Shown: in pieces, positions 1 to 9,500 of the stretch
How positions within the stretch are numbered: position 1 is the first letter of the stretch
How the letters are laid out: each line of letters opens with the position of its first letter
NCBI GenBank assembly: GCA_030425545.1
Contig: JAUIAC010000001.1
Location: 3,132 to 67,131 of the forward strand
DNA from: a bacterium
GTDB taxonomy: Bacteria > Myxococcota_A > UBA9042
Length of the DNA stretch: 64,000 bases
Reading direction: 5' to 3'
Made by a program: the position numbers and the translations under genes
The notes under the pieces: model-generated
What the model saw: only the letters and a program-made list of their open reading frames with translations
Databases searched by the model: none
What the model was told of the DNA's origin: nothing

Positions 1-1011
1 GACTGGGTGTGGAACCCCTTCACCATCCAGGTGCTCGCGCCGCCGGTGACCACGGGTGGCCCACCCACGGGCCCCTCGCAGTTCATCGAGCAGAAGGGCA
101 GCGAGTACCAGCCCGCGGTCTGGGTCGACGCGGTGTTCAAGCTGCGCAAGGACCTCGAGGTGGTGCCCGGTGTGCGCGTCGACTTCTTCCGCAAGCTCGC
201 CAACGACCAGACCTTCACGCCGCGGCTCAACGTGCGCTGGCAGGCGAACCCGGATCTCACGCTCAAGGGCGCCACCGGCACCAACAGCCAGCAGCCGGCG
301 CCCAACTTCCTGGCGGCGGCGCCCTTTGGCAACAACGCCCTCACCGCGCAGCGCAGCTGGGAGAGCGCCGTCGGTTTCGAGTACAAGCTCACCGACTTCC
401 TCGACATCGACATGCAGGGTTTCTACAAGCGGCTCTGGGACATCCCGACCCCCACCGAGGGCCTCTTCCCAGCGGTCCCCTTCGCCAACTCTGGGACCGG
501 CACGATCACGGGCCTCGAGGTGCTGCTGCGCCACAAGCTGGCCAACAACTTCTTCGGCTGGATCAGCTACACCCTGCAGAACGCGCGGCGGGTCGACCGC
601 CCCGGCGCCAAGGAGAAGCCCTTCTCCTTCGACCAGACCCACATCCTGACGATCCTCGGCAGCTACAAGCTGCCCTACAACATGGAGCTCGGGCTGCGCT
701 GGCGCTATGTCACCGGCAACCCACAGACGGGCCTGGCGACGGCGGTCTGGGGCGAGCAGCTCGACAACTACACCCAGGTGCGCTCGACCTGCGAGAACTG
801 CGAGCGCCTGCCCGCCTTCCACCAGCTCGACATCCGCTTCGACAAGAAGTTCGTCTTCGATCGCTGGCTGCTCGGCGTCTACCTCGACCTGCAGAACGCC
901 TACAACCGGGGCAACCCCGAGGGCATCCAGTACAACTTCGACGCCACCCAGAGCCAGCCGCTCACCGGCCTGCCGATCATCCCCTCGTTTGGCATCCGCG
1001 CCGAGTTCTGA
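1..1011 (+). CDS. TonB-dependent outer-membrane receptor, C-terminal portion (5' end outside the window)
   Basis: The ORF is open from the window edge in frame 7..1011, with high GC3. The translation reads like beta-barrel strands with alternating aromatic/polar residues and ends in ...GIRAEF (terminal Phe), typical of OMP/TonB-dependent receptor C-termini. Confidence 0.55.
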   Translation, partial: DWVWNPFTIQVLAPPVTTGGPPTGPSQFIEQKGSEYQPAVWVDAVFKLRKDLEVVPGVRVDFFRKLANDQTFTPRLNVRWQANPDLTLKGATGTNSQQPAPNFLAAAPFGNNALTAQRSWESAVGFEYKLTDFLDIDMQGFYKRLWDIPTPTEGLFPAVPFANSGTGTITGLEVLLRHKLANNFFGWISYTLQNARRVDRPGAKEKPFSFDQTHILTILGSYKLPYNMELGLRWRYVTGNPQTGLATAVWGEQLDNYTQVRSTCENCERLPAFHQLDIRFDKKFVFDRWLLGVYLDLQNAYNRGNPEGIQYNFDATQSQPLTGLPIIPSFGIRAEF

Positions 1012-1180
1012 GCGACGGCCGCGGGCGCCGACCCGCCTCGCGTGGGCGCGCTCCCGTCACGACCCGCGGCAGACCACCCCGTCAGGCCTCGGTTTACCGG
1101 TCGCGCGCCCTGGTCTACCTTCCCGCCGCTCATCCGGCGCCGACCGGGATCGAGCGTCACCACCGACGCGGGGGGAAGGA

Positions 1181-1813
1181 ATGCCAGCGCAGGCCCGAGT
1201 CTTTGTCCTCGAGCAAGGCGCGCCCCACCCGCGGGACGTCGCCCTGCCGCCGGGTCGCCATGAGCTGCGCGACTGCGGCGTCGCGGTGGACTTCGACGGA
1301 GCGCGTGTGACCGTGTCCTGGCTGGGCTTCTTCCCCTCTGCGTTCCTGCTCCCCAGCCCGCGGCAGCTGCAGCGCGGACGGGGCTTGCCGGTCGAGCCGA
1401 GTGACCGCATCGCCTGGGCCGGCCGCGAGTGGAAGGTCCTGCCCCACGACCTGCCCGGGGACCAGGGCGCGCCGGCGCGGGGGACCTCGCTCAACGAGCG
1501 CGAGCAGGGCACGCCCGTGCAGGCCGTGCTGCTGCTGACGCGCGGCAAGGACCGCGGCAACTTCCTCCGCGTGCGCACGTCGCCGACCTCCCTGGCGCCC
1601 GGCGTCGAGGTGCGCGCCACCCTCGACGACGAGCACCCGGCCGATCGCCCGGCGCTGGTCCTGCACGTCTCCAAAGACCTGGCCCAGGGCGCCGTCCAGG
1701 TGGACGACACGCCCGTCCCCCCCGGCAGCGAGCTGCCCCTCACCGCTGAACAACGCCTCACCTTCGCCGGCGACGACGACGCCACCGGCAGCGCGGTCGT
1801 GGTCTGCGGCTGA
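1181..1813 (+). CDS. hypothetical protein (about 210 aa)
   Basis: ATG at 1181 is preceded by GGAAGGA. The frame is continuous to the TGA at 1811-1813 with high GC3. No recognisable motif. Confidence 0.4.
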   Translation: MPAQARVFVLEQGAPHPRDVALPPGRHELRDCGVAVDFDGARVTVSWLGFFPSAFLLPSPRQLQRGRGLPVEPSDRIAWAGREWKVLPHDLPGDQGAPARGTSLNEREQGTPVQAVLLLTRGKDRGNFLRVRTSPTSLAPGVEVRATLDDEHPADRPALVLHVSKDLAQGAVQVDDTPVPPGSELPLTAEQRLTFAGDDDATGSAVVVCG

Positions 1814-1876
1814 CCCGCGGCGCCCTCGCCGTGACGTCCCCTGGACCGCCCCCCAACCACGGAGCCCTACACCCTC

Positions 1877-2812
1877 ATGCTCGCCGCCCTCACGTGGGAC
1901 ATCGATCCCATCGCCATCGACCTCGGGTTCTGGCAGATCCGTTGGTACGGCATCTGCTTCGCCGCGACCATCTACACCGGCTTCGCCATCTGGCGAAACC
2001 AGGCGATGAAGTACGGCAAGGACCCCGAGTACGCCGAGCGCTTCCTCTGGTACGGGGTGCTCGGCGTGGTCTTCGGCTCGCGCCTCGGCCACTGCCTCTT
2101 CTACGAGCCCGAGCGCTACCTCGCGAACCCCATCGAGATCCTCTACTTCTGGAAGGGCGGCCTGGCCTCCCACGGGGCGACGCTGGGCCTCTTCTTCGTA
2201 ACCTGGCTCTTCGGCCGCAACAACAAGACCCCCTTCCTCAAGGTGGCGGACTTCCTGGCGCCCGCGGTGGCCTTCGCCGCAGGCGGCGTGCGCATCGGCA
2301 ACTTCTTCAACTCGGAGATCGTCGGCCGCGCCTGGGACGGCCCCTGGGCGGTCATCTTCACCCGCTACGACCGCATGATGGGGGTGCACCCGCCCATCGC
2401 CCGACACCCCACGGCGCTCTACGAGGTGGCCATGGGTCTGGTCACGTACGCGGTGCTGCGCACCCTGGAGAAGCGCGACGTCCGCTACGCCGGCTCAGGC
2501 CTGGCGCTGGGCGTCTTCCTCATCTTCTACTTCTCGTTTCGCTTCCTGGTGGAGTTCTTCAAGGAGTATCAGGTCGAGAAGTTCATCGAGAAGGCCGACC
2601 AGATCCGCAGCGGCGCCGAGGGCTTTCAGCTGACCATGGGCCAGTACCTGTCGATCTTGCCGGTGCTCGTGGGCGTGTTCTTCGTCGTCCGGGCGCTGCG
2701 CCAGCCCAAGGACGCGCAGGCCGCGCCCTCACCGTGGACGCCACAGCCGGCAACGGCCCCCGCGGCAGCGCCGGTGGCGGCCTCCAAGGGCAAGAAGAAG
2801 CGGAAGAAGTAG
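1877..2812 (+). CDS. lgt: prolipoprotein diacylglyceryl transferase Lgt
   Basis: 311 aa polytopic membrane protein. N-terminal ...IDLGFWQIRWYGICFA... matches the Lgt signature. It ends in a Lys-rich tail (KGKKKRKK). Confidence 0.88.
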   Translation: MLAALTWDIDPIAIDLGFWQIRWYGICFAATIYTGFAIWRNQAMKYGKDPEYAERFLWYGVLGVVFGSRLGHCLFYEPERYLANPIEILYFWKGGLASHGATLGLFFVTWLFGRNNKTPFLKVADFLAPAVAFAAGGVRIGNFFNSEIVGRAWDGPWAVIFTRYDRMMGVHPPIARHPTALYEVAMGLVTYAVLRTLEKRDVRYAGSGLALGVFLIFYFSFRFLVEFFKEYQVEKFIEKADQIRSGAEGFQLTMGQYLSILPVLVGVFFVVRALRQPKDAQAAPSPWTPQPATAPAAAPVAASKGKKKRKK

Positions 2813-2847
2813 CAGACGAAGAAGTAGCAGACGAAGAAGTAGCAGAC
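2803..2847. repeat. perfect 15-bp tandem repeat x3 (GAAGAAGTAGCAGAC) spanning the lgt stop codon
   Basis: Three identical consecutive 15-mers at 2803-2817, 2818-2832 and 2833-2847. The lgt TAG stop (2810-2812) lies inside unit 1. Confidence 0.9.
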
Positions 2848-2914
2848 ACAGTCGCGGAAGACGTCGCGGGAACTGCCGCACGAGACAGCGCGCGCCGCCC
2901 CAGGCCGCCGACGC

Positions 2915-4384
2915 TCAGCGCTCGGTGGCCTCGCCCTCGGTGACGTCGCCCTCGGCGGCCTCGCCCCGCTCTGCCGACGGCTCCGGCGCCGCGGTCGCGG
3001 GGCTCGTCTCCGCGCCCCCCAAGAAGAACGCCTTGGCCGCGGCCACCGTCCACGCCATGTCCTGCGCGCCCATGGTCTCGTGGGTGCTGTGCATGCCCCA
3101 CATCGGCGCGCCGATGTCCACGGTCCGGGCCGACAGCCGCGCCGCCGTGATCGGTCCGATGGTCGAACCGCAGCCCATGTCCTGCCGCACGATGAACGCC
3201 TGCACCGGCACGCCAGCGGCGTCGCAGATGGCGCGGAACACCGCCGCGGTCTCGCCGGTCGTGGCGTAGCGGTCGTTGGTGTTGGCCTTGATGACGATGC
3301 CCGCGTTGATCAGCGGGGCGTGCTGGCTGTCGTGCTTGTCCGTGTGGTTCGGATGCAGGGCGTGGGCCATGTCGCCGCTCACCACAAAGCTCCGCAGCAG
3401 GGCCTGCTCCGGGTCGCCGCCCTCGGTTGCCGGGTGGTTGCGCGCGAGGCGCAGCAGCACGTCCCGCAAGAAGCTCGACTGCGCGCCCGAGGCGGTCTGC
3501 GAGCCGGTCTCTTCGGCGTCGAAGAAGGCGCCCACCAGGGTCCGTCGTGGCGCCGGATCGGCCTCCACCGCCTCGGTCAGCCCGGTCAGCCCGGCGAAGA
3601 CCATGGCGAGGTCGTCGTGCCGCGGTCCAACGATGAACGAGCCGTCCACGCCGACCCGCTGCGGCCGGTGCCACGGCACCAGGTGCAGGTCGAAGCCGTC
3701 GATCTGGTCGAGCGGGATGCCGAGCTTCAGCGAGAGCGCCTTCATCGCGGCGTCCACGTCTTCCCCGGTCGAGAACACCGCGTTCAGCATGGTGTGCGGG
3801 TTGATGGCGCCCTCGTCGTTCTTCTTCCGGTCGAGGTGGATCGCCAGGTCGGGGATCACCGCCAGCGGCTCGTCGAGCCGCACCAGCGTTCGGGTCACCA
3901 CGGGCTGCCCGTCGACCGGGCTGAAGATCGGTCGCCCCCGCGGGTCGCGCGCCACCTGAAAGACGCTGCCCGCCAGCGCGAGCGGCCGGTCGAGCCAGCT
4001 GCGGCGGATGATGCCGCCATGATACTGGGTCGTGAGCTGCACCACGCCGGCGTCCGCCGAGAGCGGGTTGAGCCGGAGCCGCAGGTCCGGGCTGTCGGTG
4101 TGCGCGCCCCACACGCCGAAGCCGGTGGCCAGCGGCGAGCGCGAGCCCACCACGAAGGCGATCAGCGTCTTTCCGTCCGGATGCACCACGTAGGCCTTGT
4201 CGCCCTGGTTGACCCGCAGCGCCTCGGTGACCTCCACCCGCACAAAACCCTCCGAGCGGAGCCGGTTTTCGCACTCGACCACGGCGTGAAAGGGGGTCAC
4301 CGCGTCGCCGAGAAAACGAACGTAGTGGTCCGCCGCGTCGCGCGGCTGCTCGGGGATGTGGATGTCCTGCAAGGTGTCGCTCAT
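2915..4384 (-). CDS. M18 family aminopeptidase (aspartyl aminopeptidase-like)
   Basis: 489 aa. Motifs ...VVSGDMAHALHPN... and ...MWGMHSTHET... are typical of M18 (DNPEP/ApeA) metal-binding regions. Acidic C-terminal tail. Confidence 0.8.
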   Translation of the reverse strand: MSDTLQDIHIPEQPRDAADHYVRFLGDAVTPFHAVVECENRLRSEGFVRVEVTEALRVNQGDKAYVVHPDGKTLIAFVVGSRSPLATGFGVWGAHTDSPDLRLRLNPLSADAGVVQLTTQYHGGIIRRSWLDRPLALAGSVFQVARDPRGRPIFSPVDGQPVVTRTLVRLDEPLAVIPDLAIHLDRKKNDEGAINPHTMLNAVFSTGEDVDAAMKALSLKLGIPLDQIDGFDLHLVPWHRPQRVGVDGSFIVGPRHDDLAMVFAGLTGLTEAVEADPAPRRTLVGAFFDAEETGSQTASGAQSSFLRDVLLRLARNHPATEGGDPEQALLRSFVVSGDMAHALHPNHTDKHDSQHAPLINAGIVIKANTNDRYATTGETAAVFRAICDAAGVPVQAFIVRQDMGCGSTIGPITAARLSARTVDIGAPMWGMHSTHETMGAQDMAWTVAAAKAFFLGGAETSPATAAPEPSAERGEAAEGDVTEGEATER

Positions 4385-4466
4385 GTCCGCTCCCGACCGC
4401 GACGTGGCGGCCGTGTTGTGAGGGCCAGGTTCAGAAGGTCGGCGGGACCGCGGTCCGGTTCGCCGC

Positions 4467-6383
4467 TCAGCCGCCCAGGAAGCTCGAGATGACCTCGTAG
4501 AACTTCACGCCCACGCCCATCAGCGTCTCGCCGGCGATGAGCCCCGACGCGATGACGACCATGAACGCCGTGGCGTGCTTCGGGTTGAGCTTGGTGTAGA
4601 CCGCGCCGAGCACCGCGCCCACGAACATGTTGAAGCTGTAGAGGAAGGGCACCATCGGCGCCACGCCCATGCCGGCGACCGAGGGCAGGTACTTCTTCGT
4701 CTTGGCAGGAATCACGGCCTCGATGACGGCCATGACCGCCCCTGCGAGCCCCGCCCACTGCATCGCCGCGAGCTTGCTGTCCTCGATGTGGTCGAGGCCC
4801 TTGCTCAGCAGCTCCGCCACCTTGGCCCAGATCACCGCGGCCGGCGCGGGCCACTCGGCGCCGCCGAGGTCGTCGGGGTTCACCAGCAGCGCGAATGCCA
4901 AGGCCGCGAACACCGCGCCCACGAACACACCCGCCACCTGCGCCACCACCTGCTTCCGCGGGCTGGCACCGAGCTGGTAGCCCGTCTTCATGTCGGTCAG
5001 CAGATCGCCGACCTGGCTCGCGGCGCCGCCGGTCACGCTCGCCGCCATCAGGTTCGGCACGATCTGCCCCTTGAGCACGCCGCCGAACACCAGCTGCGTC
5101 ACCTTGCCCATGGCACCCACGGGGGTGATGTCGGTCTCGCCGGTCGAGCGGGCCGCCACAAAGGCCAGCGCGATGGCCAACACCACCGCGAGGGCGCCGT
5201 ACTGCGGCGGGATGTCGAAGTAGGCCGCCTGCAGCGCGACGCTCAGCCCGCCCACGACCACCAGGCCAATCCAGAACCACTTCATGGGCACCTCGACCTC
5301 GGCGAGCCCCTCAACGTGCTCCGCGTCGTCGCCGCCACCGAGGGTCTTCAGCAAGCCCTTGATCATCTTCGGCGCCTGGAGCAGCAGCCCGGTCAGCGAG
5401 TGCGCGACCATGATCGCCACGCCCGGCCACAGGGTCCAACCGGTGATGTCGCGGTAGCCGATGAACTCCGGCCCGCAGACCGCGCCCTCCGGCAGCTTGC
5501 CGCAGGTGATGTAGCCCGCCTCGAGCAGCACCTCAGGCGCCCAGATGAACGTCACCGCGGCGGCGACCAGCATCGAGATGGTCTCGCGCAGGCCCATGAT
5601 CGCGCCGGCGCCGAGCGTCCAGACCTCGAGCCCGAAGCTCACCGTCCACTTCTGCAGCGCCTTGCCGAAGATCGGCACCGTGCCCGGCAGCCAACCGAAG
5701 CCGTCCTTCACCAGCGCGATGAGCGCCGCGAAGCCGCCCGACACCATCAGCGCCTTGGCCTTCGACAGCCCCTCCGCGCCCGAGGCGTGCAGCGACTCCA
5801 GGGTCTCCGCACACGCGATGCCGCTGGGGAAGCGCAGCCGCTCCTGGTTGATCAGCTTGCGCTTGACCGGGATCGCCGCGACCACACCCACCAGACAGAC
5901 GCCGATGAGCCACGGGATCGCCGAGATGACGTCGAGCCGCACGCCCTGGCTGGTCATGTGGTAGAGCGCCGGGATCGCGCCGCTCTCCTTGGTGACCATG
6001 TAGAGCGCTGGGATGGCCGCCACGAGGCCCGCGCTGGTCATGTACGCCGCCGACGACGCCGCCGTCTGCATCGTGTTGTTCTCGAGCACGGTGAAGTGCT
6101 CGCTCTCCGGCAGGCCGCGGAGCTGCTGCCACGTGCTGAAGAAGGCGTAGGCCAGGATCGCCGCGGTGATCGACGCACCCAAGCCCCAGCCCGTCTTCAG
6201 CCCGACGTAGAGGTTCGAGAAGCTCATCACCCCGCCGATGATGCAGCCGGTGATCAGCGCCCGCGCCGTGAGCTGCGCGGTGGTGTCAGCGCGGTAGACG
6301 TGCTTGAGCCAGTAGCGATCGTGCTCGTGGGTGGGCGCGTGTTCTTCTGGGGGCGGTGGCAGGTCGACGACCGGGTCGCTCAT
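4467..6383 (-). CDS. OPT family oligopeptide transporter
   Basis: 638 aa polytopic membrane protein. The overall OPT-family architecture (two hydrophobic halves, conserved Gly/Pro-rich TM segments) was recognised by eye. Confidence 0.75.
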   Translation of the reverse strand: MSDPVVDLPPPPEEHAPTHEHDRYWLKHVYRADTTAQLTARALITGCIIGGVMSFSNLYVGLKTGWGLGASITAAILAYAFFSTWQQLRGLPESEHFTVLENNTMQTAASSAAYMTSAGLVAAIPALYMVTKESGAIPALYHMTSQGVRLDVISAIPWLIGVCLVGVVAAIPVKRKLINQERLRFPSGIACAETLESLHASGAEGLSKAKALMVSGGFAALIALVKDGFGWLPGTVPIFGKALQKWTVSFGLEVWTLGAGAIMGLRETISMLVAAAVTFIWAPEVLLEAGYITCGKLPEGAVCGPEFIGYRDITGWTLWPGVAIMVAHSLTGLLLQAPKMIKGLLKTLGGGDDAEHVEGLAEVEVPMKWFWIGLVVVGGLSVALQAAYFDIPPQYGALAVVLAIALAFVAARSTGETDITPVGAMGKVTQLVFGGVLKGQIVPNLMAASVTGGAASQVGDLLTDMKTGYQLGASPRKQVVAQVAGVFVGAVFAALAFALLVNPDDLGGAEWPAPAAVIWAKVAELLSKGLDHIEDSKLAAMQWAGLAGAVMAVIEAVIPAKTKKYLPSVAGMGVAPMVPFLYSFNMFVGAVLGAVYTKLNPKHATAFMVVIASGLIAGETLMGVGVKFYEVISSFLGG

Positions 6384-6542
6384 GGCGGCTCCTTAGGCGT
6401 GCGGGAGGAGCCGGGGTTCTAGCCCGCATCGGCGCGGATCGCCAGCGGCAGCGACACGACGCGGCGTGTGCCGATGCAAGGCCAACCCGCGCGCAGCGGC
6501 GATCGGAAGTCGGAGTCCGTGGGCGGCTCAGCCGCGCCGCGC

Positions 6543-9500
6543 TCAGCCCTTGGTTGCGCTGCCGTCGAGGCAGTAGCTGAGCTTGTCCATGGCGCCAGAG
6601 CCCTTCAGCGTCACGGTCAGCGACTTCACGCCCTGGGCGCTGCCGAGGCTGAGCGTGAACGCCGCGCCGTTGCCCTTGGCCGGGATCTGCACGGTGGACG
6701 TCTTGCCGTCGGTGTACGTGAGCACCACCGTGCCGCCGGTCTCTTCGATGTCGACGAAGCCGATGCTGTTGACCTTGCTGCCCTTGCTGAAGGTGAACGT
6801 GACCGCCCCGCCGCTGGCCTCGTCGTCCGGGTCGTCGACCAGGCCGTCCTTGGGCGCCGTGTCGTCGTCGTCCTCGGCGATGATGAGCACCTTGCCCCAG
6901 TCGGTCGTGGCCAGATCCGGGTCCCCGCCCGTGGGCTTGGCCGAGTCGAAGGTGATGGCCTTGTCCGGGTGGTTCGAGTTGGCGTTCTTGGCCGACACGG
7001 TGAGCCCCCAGCCGGCGAACTGGTCGGTGATGACCGTGCCCGCGGCGAGGGACTTGCCCTGGCTGTCCGCGTCGAAGTTCACGGTGCGGCAGAGGCCGCC
7101 GCAGTTCGGGATCTGGGTGAACTGGCAGCCGCTCTTGGCGTCGCACTTGTCCACCGTGCAGTCCTCGCCGTCGTCACACGTCTTGGTCTTGCCCGCCTGG
7201 CAGGTGCTGCCGCTGCACACATCGCTGACCGTGCAGGCGTTGCCGTCGGTGCACGCGACGCCGCTCATGGCCTTGTTCTCGCACTTGCTCGTGGACTTGT
7301 TGCAGCTGTCCGCGGTGCAGGCGTTGCCGTCGTTGCAGCTGCTGTCGCAGCCGCTGTCCGAGCCGCTGTCGCTGCTGTCGCTCCCGCCGCTGTCGCTGCC
7401 GTCGCTGCTGTCGCTGCCCCCGCTGTCGCTGCTGTCGCTGGCGTCCGAGCTGCTGGACCCGGAGCCCGACCCCGAGCCAGAGTCTGACTTGTCGCTGCCG
7501 GACTTGTCGCTGCCCGAGCCCGACTTGTCGCTGCCCGAGCCCGACTTGTCGCTGCCCGACTTGTCGCTGCCCGAGCCCGACTTGTCGCTGCCCGAGCCCG
7601 ACTTGTCGCTGCCCGAGCCCGACTTGTCGCTGCCCGAGCCCGACTTGTCGCTGCCCGAGCCCGACTTGTCGCTGCCCGACTTGTCGCTGCCCGAGCCCGA
7701 CTTCTCGCTGGTGCTGCTGCCCGAGCCCGAGTCGCTCTCGTCGTCCTCGCACTTGTTGGTGGCCAGCTTGGTGTGCTGGCAGCCGTACTTGGCGTCGCAG
7801 GTGTCCGCGGTGCAGGGGTTGCCGTCGTCGCAGTCCAGCGCCCCACCCTCGGTCTTGCAGCCGTAGTTCTTGGTGCCGCTGTTGTTGTAGTCGTCGCAGT
7901 CGTCCTTGAGGTTCAGCGCCTCGGTGCGGGCCTGGCCCTGCGGGTCGCTGCCGTAGCCGTGCTTGGTGAGCCAGGCGTCCGCGTCCTTGACCGACTCGGA
8001 GATGCCGTCGTCCTTGCTGCCCTTCAGCAGGTTCAGCTTGGTCGCACACAGCTGCGCGGCGAGGCTCTTGCTCGCGTCCTTGCTCGAGTGCGCCTTGATC
8101 AGCGCGATGGCCTGCGCCTTGGTGTAGGTCTTGGCGCCGAGCTTGATGCTCTCCACCGGCCAGTCGCTCGCGTGGTTCTTCCAGTAGCCGATGGTCTTGG
8201 GCGACGTGCACGAGGTCTTGCCGCCCTGCGCCTTGCACTCCCCGGCGGTGCAGACGTCCGAGCCGTTGCACACGTTGCCGTCGTCGCAGGTGCCGAGCTT
8301 GGCGGTGGTCACGCAGCCCTTGTCCTTGTCGCAGCTGTCCGTGGTGCAGAACTCGCCGTCGTCGCACTGGGTCGCGCCGCCCGCCTTGCACGTGCCCGAC
8401 TTGCACACGTCGCCCGTGGTGCACTTGTCGCCGTCTTCGCAGCTGGCGCCGCTGGCGGCCGCGTGCTTGCAGCCCTGGCTCTTGCTGCAGCTGTCGCTGG
8501 TGCAGGGGTTGTTGTCGTCGCAGCTCACCGCCTTGCCGCCACAGGTCCCCGCCGTGCAGGTGTCGGTGCCGCCCGCGCCGGTGCACGTGTCGCCGTCGTC
8601 GCAGCTGGTGCCGGTCAACGCCTTGTGGGTGCAGCCCGTCGCCTTGTCACAGCCGTCTGCTGTGCAGGGGTTGTCGTCGTCGCAGCTCACCGCCGCGCCG
8701 CCGCAGGTGCCCGCCGAGCAGGTGTCCTTGCCGCCCGCGCCGGTGCACGCGTCGCCGTCGTCGCAGCTGGTGCCGCTCAGCGCCTTGTGGGTGCAACCCT
8801 TGACCTTGTCGCAGCCGTCCGCCGTGCAGGGGTTGCCGTCGTCGCACCCCACGGCCTTGCCGCCGCAGGTGCCAGCCGAGCACACGTCGCTGCCGCCCGC
8901 CCCGGTGCACTTGTCGCCGTCGTCGCAGCTGGTGCCGCTCAGCGCCTTGTGCGTGCAGCCGGTCGCTTTGTCGCAGCCGTCCGCCGTGCAGGGGTTGCCG
9001 TCGTCACACCCCACGGCCTTGCCGCCGCAGGTGCCAGCCGAGCACACGTCGCTGCCGCCCGCCCCGGTGCACTTGTCGCCGTCGTCGCAGCTGGTGCCGC
9101 TCAGAGGCTTGTGCCCGCAGCCGGAGGCCTTGTCGCAGGTGTCGGCGGTGCACGAGTTGCCGTCGTCGCAGCTGTGCTTCTTGCCGGTGCAGCTGCCCTT
9201 GGCGCAGGTGTCACTCACGGTGCAGGCGTCGCCGTCGCTGCACTTGCCGCCCGACACCGGGGTGTTGACGCAGCCGCTCTTGGCGCTGCACGCGTCGGTG
9301 GTGCAGGCGTTGTCGTCGTCGCAGACCACAGCCGCGCCAGGCGTGCACGTCCCCGCCTTGCAGACGTCGCCTGCGTCGCCGCCGGTGCACTTGCTGCCGT
9401 CGTCGCAGGGCGTGCCGCTCAGCGCCTTGTGGGTGCAGCCGCTGGCCTTGTCGCAGCCGTCGCTGGTGCAGGGGTTGCCGTCGTCGCAGCTCACCGCCGC

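Noticed and set aside
1157-2407. 416 aa minus-strand ORF and the 9..1310 and 56..649 + ORFs
   Set aside because: They overlap lgt and the TonB-receptor frame. Low-complexity translations typical of high-GC spurious ORFs.
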